From positions 1 to 18,331 of IMG/VR virus record IMGVR_UViG_3300027708_000034: a stretch of DNA of 18,331 nt; one strand, given 5' to 3'. Source of the stretch: a virus (Duplodnaviria; Heunggongvirae; Uroviricota; Caudoviricetes). Below are positions 11,737 to 18,331 of this stretch, piece by piece (within the stretch, counting starts at the first letter, position 1; the number at the start of each line of letters is the position of its first letter). The notes below the pieces were generated by a model. The model was not told where the DNA came from. It did not search any database and was given only the letters and a program-made list of their open reading frames with translations. Position numbers and translations under genes: made by a program.

Positions 11737-11811
11737 TGGCGACCCCACGGAGAATCGAACTCCGATATCCCACTAGACAGGCGGGTATAATAACCACTAT
11801 ATGATGAGGCC
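11737..11811 (-). tRNA. tRNA-Asp(GTC), U37 variant
   Basis: Loop CUGUCUA, G73, CCA. Confidence 0.92.
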
Positions 11812-11817
11812 ATAACT

Positions 11818-11892
11818 TGGTGCTCCGTGAAGGAATTGAACCCTCTTCTGACGCTTACAAGGCGCCTGCATCGCCAGCAATGCTTACAGAGC
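11818..11892 (-). tRNA. tRNA-Thr(TGT), second copy
   Basis: Loop CUUGUAA, CCA. Confidence 0.92.
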
Positions 11893-11897
11893 AAACT

Positions 11898-11973
11898 TGG
11901 TGGAGGATAACGGATTCGAACCGTTTGCTCCTGGTTGCAAACCAGGTGTGTTAGCCAAGTATACCAATCCCCC
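11898..11973 (-). tRNA. tRNA-Ala(TGC)
   Basis: G3:U70, loop UUUGCAA, CCA. Confidence 0.95.
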
Positions 11974-11981
11974 GAATACAT

Positions 11982-12086
11982 TGGTGGGTATCCTACTTTC
12001 CACCTATCGGACCTGTAACGCTATCAGGCTGCGGCTTCATGTGTAAACACCATGAACAATGTTTGCGTTAGTTCCTGCTATCACCC
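11982..12086 (-). ncRNA. ACCA-terminated non-cloverleaf RNA
   Basis: GGGUG/UACCC-A-CCA terminal stem; UUCAUG-GUG-UUUA-CAC-AUGAA and CCUG/CAGG hairpins; no T loop. Confidence 0.55.
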
Positions 12087-12132
12087 ATCGTCACTAACAA
12101 CCGTTGGACATAATTGCTTATGTCATCTGCTT

Positions 12133-12216
12133 TGGTGGAGGGTGATGGATTTGAACCATCGCGATGTTACTGCCGAATTTACAGTCCGGTGCTTTCGACC
12201 TCTCAGCCAACCCTCC
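12133..12216 (-). tRNA. tRNA-Tyr(GTA), first tRNA of the array
   Basis: Loop CUGUAAA, class II variable region, CCA. Confidence 0.95.
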
Positions 12217-12245
12217 AATTTATTAACACACTGTTACCAATGTGT

Positions 12246-12320
12246 ATATTAAAACAAACTGTCTAGCTATGCTCCGACAACATCTTCCGTAGATGCCCGT
12301 GCGCCAGTTTGCTTTAATAT
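12246..12320 (-). ncRNA. candidate hairpin RNA
   Basis: 16-bp closing stem (one G-U); CAUCU-ACGGA-AGAUG. Confidence 0.5.
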
Positions 12321-12341
12321 GACGAATTTTTTTATCTACAA

Positions 12342-12419
12342 GAAGATAAGCCATCCTCGTCACCGCCCGTTTGCAGCATGTTTATAGTGCGCTGCCAGGT
12401 CCTCGTTACCTGTATCTTC
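12342..12419 (-). ncRNA. candidate multi-hairpin RNA just after the attenuator terminator
   Basis: GAAGAUA/UAUCUUC closing; CAGGU-AACGAGG-ACCUG; GCAGC/GCUGC. Confidence 0.45.
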
Positions 12420-12426
12420 ACACTCG

Positions 12427-12461
12427 AAAAAGCAAAACCCCAGGGTGTTTAGTCCTGGGGT
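12427..12461 (-). terminator. intrinsic terminator of the putative attenuator
   Basis: ACCCCAGG (12461-12454) / CCUGGGGU (12444-12437) followed by UUUGCUUUUU. Confidence 0.8.
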
Positions 12462-12486
12462 CCTTTGGAGTTAGCGTGTATTTGTG

Positions 12487-12633
12487 TTACACTACAATCT
12501 CCTGGGACCCCGGGGTATTCCCCTCTGGTGTGCGATCATATGAGAGACTATTAATCGCTAACCAAGCAGAGGGCATAAAGCCTGCCTGTTTGGCTATAGA
12601 GCAATGTTGTCTAATATACGATACGCTTTTCAT
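12487..12633 (-). CDS. putative attenuator leader peptide (48 aa, all 20 amino acids)
   Basis: MKSVSYIRQHCSIAKQAGFMPSAWLAINSLSYDRTPEGNTPGSQEIVV; GGAAAG upstream of ATG; lies between promoter and terminator. Confidence 0.7.
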   Translation of the reverse strand: MKSVSYIRQHCSIAKQAGFMPSAWLAINSLSYDRTPEGNTPGSQEIVV

Positions 12634-12691
12634 TTTACTTTCCAATTTACCTTTAAGTTTCATACACTGCATTATTGCTGCGTATGTGTTA

Positions 12692-12720
12692 ATTATACAT
12701 TTATTTAGTCCTGCTGTCAA
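12692..12720 (-). promoter_or_regulatory. sigma70-type promoter heading the tRNA array
   Basis: TTGACA-17-TATAAT (consensus). Confidence 0.85.
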
Positions 12721-12799
12721 CCGCTTTCTACATTTTTGACAAAAATTTTTAAATTATTTTTCGTCTATGTTTCTGTGGCTTCTAACAAAACATAGCTCT

Positions 12800-12828
12800 A
12801 TTGTATAGTAGTTCTGCTGCCTTGTCAA
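12800..12828 (-). promoter_or_regulatory. tandem upstream sigma70-type promoter
   Basis: TTGACA-17-TACAAT. Confidence 0.75.
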
Positions 12829-12857
12829 CATCTATTTTGTTGTATTTTCACAACAAT

Positions 12858-13688
12858 TTAGTATTGTTGATTGTGCGGGAAATCTTTGATATCTTGAGAG
12901 GCCTGTTCGTACAAGCATTGATTCGAAGTCGACAACTTACCACTCTTTTGCATATAGTGCCAGCCAGTTGTGATTATATCGTTACCACACCACCATCCAT
13001 TATCGATGTTATATCTAAACCAATATTTAGGTGCTATGGTAAATTTGCTGTTATTGTTGAGCCATGCACCCCACCAGCAAAATGTGGAATTGACTATAAT
13101 CAAGTACCTAGCCTGCGTGACCACATACATATCATCTTTTTGTCCAAAGTGATAGGCAGGGAATCCTGGAAAAAACCTATTAGCTTCATCAACATCATTG
13201 GTAATAACCACAAATTTCATATTGGGATTAATTTTACGCATTTCGTTGATTGAATCGTGGTAGTATTGCGGCGGCAAATATAAGAAATGAACTCCCCTGT
13301 AGTCTTCACCGCGGAAGTTAATTACGCATGTATCTTCATCTAATAGTTGATTGACTAAATTCACATTGGGGTTTATTTGTGTGAACCATTGTTGGATGTT
13401 GCGCTTATTGTTGATGATGTATTTTTCAGTTTGCCACCAACCGTGTATCCTTGTATTATCTTCGACTTTCCAAATTTCCGGATCGTATAATTGTTCCCAT
13501 CCTTCTTTTTCAAAATAAATTCTATCGACTTGAGAGTGCTCTACTCCGAGGTCTGCTTTAAAAATATCTCTGCCTAAAAAATTTCTAGGAATATGGTATT
13601 CGAGTCCACGTGATTCTGCCACTGTCCTACCAACGGCATACATCCATAGATGATTTCCAATTCTTCCGCCTAAATGAACACTAATCAT
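12858..13688 (-). CDS. alpha-1,2-fucosyltransferase-like protein (GT11)
   Basis: GGRIGNHLWMYA, GWWQTEKY, FRGEDY, IVNSTFCWWGAWL; start reassigned to MISVHL. Confidence 0.85.
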   Translation of the reverse strand: MISVHLGGRIGNHLWMYAVGRTVAESRGLEYHIPRNFLGRDIFKADLGVEHSQVDRIYFEKEGWEQLYDPEIWKVEDNTRIHGWWQTEKYIINNKRNIQQWFTQINPNVNLVNQLLDEDTCVINFRGEDYRGVHFLYLPPQYYHDSINEMRKINPNMKFVVITNDVDEANRFFPGFPAYHFGQKDDMYVVTQARYLIIVNSTFCWWGAWLNNNSKFTIAPKYWFRYNIDNGWWCGNDIITTGWHYMQKSGKLSTSNQCLYEQASQDIKDFPHNQQY

Positions 13689-13692
13689 AATT

Positions 13693-14475
13693 TTAACTCC
13701 AAAGTTCCGGGACACCGTCCCATAATTCTGCAACATCGATATATGGATCTCTTCCGGATTCATCCATAATATGTAATGCTAGACCGGGTATTGGACTAAT
13801 CAGCATGACATCATCCTTGTTCCACACCATATTAATAGTCTTGTCCTCAACCCAATCTGCCCTTGCTGCTGTTAGCTTGACCACATCCTGGAAATGTTCT
13901 CGATACTTGTCATATATTTTACGACTGGCTAGACAGGTATATGTGGTATGCTTGACTGTTCGATAGTGCCTAAAAGGCCCGTGTAGTACGAAGCTGGGAT
14001 ATATTTGCCTAGAGTAACGCCATACATCATCATGTGGATTGACTGCAATCATCTTGCCTGTATTGGCTTCCAATAGATCCACAGTCTTGATCATGTCATC
14101 AATTGCTTGGGGGAAATGTAAATAATCATCCTCTACATGATACCATAGGTCTGATGCACGTTGCTCTACGAGCCTATATACTTGTGCCAATGATTCAGCA
14201 TTTCCGGTCTCATCTAGAGGAATGAACTCTGTAGGTGCTGTGCATTTATTCAATATTGCTTTGATATCAACAACACTTTCTTCATTACTGTGATCGTCTA
14301 ATACTATTAGTCGCACGTTATGATCGGTGACTTTATTGATGCTATCTACCAAACTGCTCATGCATACATTGATTAGTTCGTGTTTGCTAACTGGTATATA
14401 TCTACCCGCACCGTTATCATGTGCCATATAGACACGTTGACATGTTCTCAATATGATTAAAAGATCTCTTTTCAT
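13693..14475 (-). CDS. GT-A/GT2-like glycosyltransferase
   Basis: LIVLDDHS, WYHVEDDYLH; start reassigned to MKRDLL. Confidence 0.75.
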   Translation of the reverse strand: MKRDLLIILRTCQRVYMAHDNGAGRYIPVSKHELINVCMSSLVDSINKVTDHNVRLIVLDDHSNEESVVDIKAILNKCTAPTEFIPLDETGNAESLAQVYRLVEQRASDLWYHVEDDYLHFPQAIDDMIKTVDLLEANTGKMIAVNPHDDVWRYSRQIYPSFVLHGPFRHYRTVKHTTYTCLASRKIYDKYREHFQDVVKLTAARADWVEDKTINMVWNKDDVMLISPIPGLALHIMDESGRDPYIDVAELWDGVPELWS

Positions 14476-14476
14476 T

Positions 14477-15328
14477 TTAATAGTTGATGAGTAATTGTTC
14501 GATATCTTCAACTTTTAAAGTGGGGAAAAATTGTCTATCATTGTCCATTTGATTTATTAATACATCTTTGAAATTTGGATTGATAGAAATTGCTCTGTCT
14601 ATGAACTGTTCCAAGTGATCATATCGTTGCGCCATGAATAATCCGTAAAAAATCCTTATATGGAATTCCTTACCCAACATGCCCGGAGTCAAATGATTGA
14701 TGTAAAACTCTAAATGTTCATCATCTAAATAATAGGGCAAGCATAATGTTCCGTGAAACCCATAAGTTGGAAATCTTCCACCCGGAAACTCCGCTGAAAA
14801 TTTAGCTGCCAATGGAACAGGTGCCCATACCAGTCCTTCGCTTTCCAGCCAGTCTCTATACATTTTACAAATATGGATATCTTCCATATAGTTGTTATCA
14901 CCGTAGCCGGGGGGATTAAACACAACTCTAGGATCTTGACATAGTTCTGCCAATCGTCTGCTGCGTATGCTAAATCCGCCGTTACCTACTCTACGATCTT
15001 CGTGGCCCCATGACCAAGGTGCGCCAATGTAGTCGTAATCTAAATAACTGTCATCCCATTTATCGGCATCGATGGGCATACCATCATACTGTATGACCAT
15101 ATAATGATCAGTGGTGATATGTGGTGCAAGATCTTTTAATACCACACGACTGTATTCTATTTGTGTGATAGGATCAATTTTAACCCAGGTACTTCCGGGA
15201 TACAAATCTTTATCACTCAGTACTAAAATTTTATCAGCTTTGGTAACCTCTAAAGTTTTTTCGATCGCTCGATTAGTTAGTTCGTAATTGGCAGTTGTTA
15301 CTGCGACTATTGTTAATTCTTTTTGCAT
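14477..15328 (-). CDS. DUF5672-like putative glycosyltransferase
   Basis: IQYDG, YDYIGAPW, VGNGGFSIRS, EDIHIC, FSAE, GFHG. Confidence 0.8.
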   Translation of the reverse strand: MQKELTIVAVTTANYELTNRAIEKTLEVTKADKILVLSDKDLYPGSTWVKIDPITQIEYSRVVLKDLAPHITTDHYMVIQYDGMPIDADKWDDSYLDYDYIGAPWSWGHEDRRVGNGGFSIRSRRLAELCQDPRVVFNPPGYGDNNYMEDIHICKMYRDWLESEGLVWAPVPLAAKFSAEFPGGRFPTYGFHGTLCLPYYLDDEHLEFYINHLTPGMLGKEFHIRIFYGLFMAQRYDHLEQFIDRAISINPNFKDVLINQMDNDRQFFPTLKVEDIEQLLINY

Positions 15329-15332
15329 ATGA

Positions 15333-16337
15333 TTACATTAATTTTTCTGACCAAGTTTTAGGAGTATACTTGTTGACAATCTCTAATGGGTAGTTGCTAT
15401 AGTCAAATGGCTTAGTTCCACGCTCGCGTATGTAGGCGATGGTGCTGCGCAGTCCGTCGATAAACTTTGTGCTAGTTTGATAACCTAGGATAGTTCTAGC
15501 TTTGGTAGCATCACAAGTAGCGTATTTGATTTCTTTTGGTCGTTCAGGGAAATAAAGGATATCGCCTTTGTAGTCAAGTTCTCGACAAATTGCTTCGGCT
15601 AGTGCTCTGATAGTCATAAATTCTTCATCAGGTCCAATGTTAAAAGTATCGTTCTTAACAGTGGGATCCAATGCTAGTTTTTCCAAGCAGTAGACGCAGT
15701 CGTCGATAAAGGAAAAGCATCTCATCTGTCCACCATCACCATATACGATAGGCGGATTGCCTTGCAGGATGCGATTGATCATGATACTCATGACATTGCG
15801 GTATGGATCATCGTAGCATTGTCTTGGACCAACGATGTTATGTGGAATGGCGACAATCCATTCCATGTCGTTCATTTCGGCAATGCTCTTTAGAACTTCC
15901 TCTCCTGCTACCTTTGCGATACCATAAGGATCGACGGGCGCAGGACGTTGTGATTCTTTGTAGGGATATTCTTGATTACCATAACGTGCCATGCTGCTGC
16001 AATAGACAAATCGTTTTACTTTGTTTTGGATAGCAGCACTGATAGTGCTAACGCTAGCTTGGAAGATATTTTTAGTAATGAAGTTCGGACTGAATACACT
16101 CAATCCTTCGTGTGCTGTTGCAGCAGTATGATATACTACATCCGATCCGTTGATAGCATCGACCATAGCATCTATATCGCAGCAATCGATATTATAAAAT
16201 TTTGCACCTTTTGGTAGGTTATCTTCGTATCCGCCAATAAGCGTATCGTTACCTGCTACTTCGTGACCTAGTGCCAACATCCTATCTGCTAAATGACTAC
16301 CTAAAAATCCTGCTATCCCTGTGATGAATATCTTCAT
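15333..16337 (-). CDS. NAD-dependent nucleotide-sugar epimerase/dehydratase
   Basis: ITGIAGFLGSH, SSMARYG, YGIAK (YxxxK), HNIVGP. Confidence 0.95.
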   Translation of the reverse strand: MKIFITGIAGFLGSHLADRMLALGHEVAGNDTLIGGYEDNLPKGAKFYNIDCCDIDAMVDAINGSDVVYHTAATAHEGLSVFSPNFITKNIFQASVSTISAAIQNKVKRFVYCSSMARYGNQEYPYKESQRPAPVDPYGIAKVAGEEVLKSIAEMNDMEWIVAIPHNIVGPRQCYDDPYRNVMSIMINRILQGNPPIVYGDGGQMRCFSFIDDCVYCLEKLALDPTVKNDTFNIGPDEEFMTIRALAEAICRELDYKGDILYFPERPKEIKYATCDATKARTILGYQTSTKFIDGLRSTIAYIRERGTKPFDYSNYPLEIVNKYTPKTWSEKLM

Positions 16338-16388
16338 ATGTTGTTTCCTGTGATTGAAAAGTTTGATACTTTACTTATTCTAAGTATG

Positions 16389-16417
16389 AGTGTACAATAT
16401 TTTTTAAGGCATGTCAA
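16389..16417 (-). promoter_or_regulatory. sigma70-type promoter for the epimerase-GT operon
   Basis: TTGACA-17-TACACT. Confidence 0.7.
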
Positions 16418-16422
16418 CCCCA

Positions 16423-16429
16423 CTAAATA
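16423..16429 (+). promoter_or_regulatory. late-type promoter variant
   Basis: CTAAATA upstream of AAGGA SD and ATG 16445. Confidence 0.45.
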
Positions 16430-16444
16430 AAAAAAAGGAAAAGA

Positions 16445-17248
16445 ATGAAGTTAAAAGTATTCTATCATATCGTAAATTTGAATTCCCCGTTTTGGAGAGT
16501 AATAGTCGATGAGCAGTTGGGAAAAATATTTGACAGTGGATTGATTGACCATTGTGAACTACATGCAAACTTACACTACGATTATGATGCATATGATGAT
16601 CTCAAAGAGAGATGGCAACACCCCAATATAATTTGGCACAATTCCCCCGGAGTGCCATCAGATGTTGAACACCCCACTTGGATATTGATGCAACAGACTG
16701 CACTTGCAACTGATGAAGAATTTTATTGTCTCTATCTACATGTGAAAGGAGTGACCCATTATGGGAAATCAGACTCACATAATACCAATGAATGGCGCCG
16801 CTATTTAGAATGGTTCAATATTGTCAACTGGAGACATATAGTAGCCAAGCTAGATGAGGGAGTATGGGATACCGTTGGATGTAATAGACAATCTACTAAC
16901 TGGACAGATAAAAATGGTAATGAACGCCACTACTACGCAGGAAATATATTTTGGTATACTGCTAGTTTTTTAAGAACTTGTTTACCTGCATTGCAATGGC
17001 CCAGTGAATCTGGTAATCAGTCACAGATACCCAACGGCAACGGTCTTTGTAAAGATGATGTAGAATTTTTTGCAGGCTGGCACGCCGATCGAGGATACAG
17101 TTTCTTCCACGCCTTTAGACATCACTATCTGCAAGATTGTCCGGAAAGTTTATATACTGACTTTTTTGATCAAAATAAATTAGATACTGCTAATCACGTT
17201 AACTCCTATCGATATGCAAATGGCACCTTCATTCCTATACCCGAATAA
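16445..17248 (+). CDS. GT-like hypothetical protein
   Basis: LYLHVKGVTH...WR.YLEWF...DTVGCN...YAGNIFW; paralog at 17966. Confidence 0.6.
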   Translation: MKLKVFYHIVNLNSPFWRVIVDEQLGKIFDSGLIDHCELHANLHYDYDAYDDLKERWQHPNIIWHNSPGVPSDVEHPTWILMQQTALATDEEFYCLYLHVKGVTHYGKSDSHNTNEWRRYLEWFNIVNWRHIVAKLDEGVWDTVGCNRQSTNWTDKNGNERHYYAGNIFWYTASFLRTCLPALQWPSESGNQSQIPNGNGLCKDDVEFFAGWHADRGYSFFHAFRHHYLQDCPESLYTDFFDQNKLDTANHVNSYRYANGTFIPIPE

Positions 17249-17250
17249 CG

Positions 17251-17958
17251 ATGAAAATATATTATAGATTTAGTTTTAAGATCATGCCGGATCACACTGG
17301 CAAACCACGCAACCCGCCCGAGCGACCAGCATGGTTTGATAAATGGAAATGTTTAGCAAACTTTGTCACAGTGTTCAAAGAACAGAACATTACCGTCATA
17401 GCTGACGGGGTTGATGATCTAGCATGGGATCGACTCAATAGTCTACATCCCGCACTGGATCTACGCAGGACTACATTTGGTTCTAATGCCGGATCATTTT
17501 TATATTCACTAGACGAAGCAATACAATTACCACCGGATACGATTGTGTATTTTGTCGAAGATGATTACATACATCACGAGGGTGCTGATCTAATATTAGA
17601 GCAAGGGATTAATATAAGCCCCTATGTCAGCTTATATGATCACCCGGATAAGTATTGGGGAAATAACAGTAGTATAAGATGCAAACTTACAATGACTGAG
17701 GACTGCCACTGGAGAGATACTGGTTCTACCACGATGACATTTGCCAGTCGTGTAGTGTATCTAAAAGAAGATCGACTGATATTTCAACGGTGGTGTGGTG
17801 GTGAAGATAACTGGACGCACGATACGCAATTATTTACAGCGATATCAGAATCGAGAGGATTGATCACTCCTGTTCCGGGCTATGCTACTCATATGGATAC
17901 TTGGGTAATGGGTAAAATGGTTGATTGGGAAGCAGTATTAAATAGAACGACCACTTAA
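17251..17958 (+). CDS. GT-A/GT2-like glycosyltransferase
   Basis: VIADG, VYFVEDDYIH; similar to the 13693-14475 product. Confidence 0.7.
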   Translation: MKIYYRFSFKIMPDHTGKPRNPPERPAWFDKWKCLANFVTVFKEQNITVIADGVDDLAWDRLNSLHPALDLRRTTFGSNAGSFLYSLDEAIQLPPDTIVYFVEDDYIHHEGADLILEQGINISPYVSLYDHPDKYWGNNSSIRCKLTMTEDCHWRDTGSTTMTFASRVVYLKEDRLIFQRWCGGEDNWTHDTQLFTAISESRGLITPVPGYATHMDTWVMGKMVDWEAVLNRTTT

Positions 17959-17965
17959 ATTAATT

Positions 17966-18331
17966 ATGAAAAAACTTAAAATTTTTTATCATGTAGTTGA
18001 TCTAAATTTAGACTATGCTACTTTTATTTTCAAAGAGCAATTAGCAAAAATAGAAAGTAGCGGATTATTGGATGCTGCTGAATTGAATATCAATTATCAT
18101 TATAACGAAAGTAGTTTTGATGAATTAAAAAAGCAGTATACACATCCAAATATAAAATGGATCTTTGACCCGACATCTATACCCATATACAGAGAAATCA
18201 CAACCACTAGGCTGATGAAAGACGCTGCCGATAATTCAGAAGAAGAATTTTATATCTTATATCTACATCAGAAAGGTATCTCATATGATCAATCACACGA
18301 ACAATATGTTCGATGTCAATATTGGAGATGG
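17966..18331 (+). CDS. paralog of 16445-17248, truncated by the window end
   Basis: MKKLKIFYHVVDLN...EEEFYILYLHQKGIS...YWRW. Confidence 0.75.
   Translation, partial: MKKLKIFYHVVDLNLDYATFIFKEQLAKIESSGLLDAAELNINYHYNESSFDELKKQYTHPNIKWIFDPTSIPIYREITTTRLMKDAADNSEEEFYILYLHQKGISYDQSHEQYVRCQYWRW

Noticed and set aside
11982-12086. 5S rRNA
   Set aside because: Only short loop-E-like words match; helices II/III and loop C are absent, and the RNA ends in ACCA.
12342-12400. glmS ribozyme resemblance (AGCGC...UGACGAGGAUGG..UUAUC)
   Set aside because: The downstream pairing segments required for the core are absent, and there is no glmS gene context.
10004-12739. Track ORFs overlapping tRNAs or the leader (e.g. 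10083-10439, 10711-11118, 11730-11981, 12052-12252, 12371-12739; also 209-418, 469-675, 5814-6380, 8631-8864)
   Set aside because: These are antisense or overlapping frames of structured RNAs, with no SD or protein-like composition.
12736-12764. Plus-strand TTGACA promoter
   Set aside because: No -10 hexamer at 16-18 nt spacing.
2813-16592. Short antisense ORFs inside large genes (2813-3191, 8966-9575, 12801-13253, 14725-14925, 15803-16217, 16404-16592)
   Set aside because: Shadow frames of well-supported genes.
769-17958. Alternative genetic code (stop-codon reassignment)
   Set aside because: Long genes are intact in code 11 and end in TAA or TGA; no suppressor tRNA was found.

Overview
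This window is most likely from a large T4-like or jumbo phage; the evidence is T4-type late promoters (TATAAATA/ATAAATA), host sigma70 promoters, accessory glycan genes and no sign of recoding. Positions 632-12216 hold a minus-strand array of about 40 CCA-encoding tRNA genes covering all 20 amino acids. Six aberrant tRNA-like, CCA-ending RNAs and several hairpin-closed spacer RNAs are interleaved, along with protein genes (RpoZ homolog, CDGSH-like peptide, Trp-halogenase-like enzyme, two SAM methyltransferases, HExxH protein, MCD/GNAT-like protein, GT-like protein). A glycan-modification cluster occupies 12858-18331. The 5' end of a DUF2828/TROVE(Ro60)-like gene lies at 1-241, downstream of the array. 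Three unannotated layers stand out. (1) A putative attenuator heads the array: a 48-codon leader containing all 20 amino acids within 37 codons, coupled to mutually exclusive antiterminator and terminator helices, so it could sense shortage or cleavage of any tRNA. (2) A covarying RNA motif occurs seven times (U-7bp stem-NN-ACAGCAA...stem-G). Two copies sit in the Ro-like gene's 5' UTR; others carry isolated anticodon stem-loops (Tyr, Lys, Ser) or a circularly permuted tRNA, giving a Y-RNA/YrlA-like system. (3) A 7-codon MKRSAKR ORF may switch the folding of tRNA-Lys. All structures were folded by eye and all protein families were assigned from recognised motifs; no database searches or folding programs were run.
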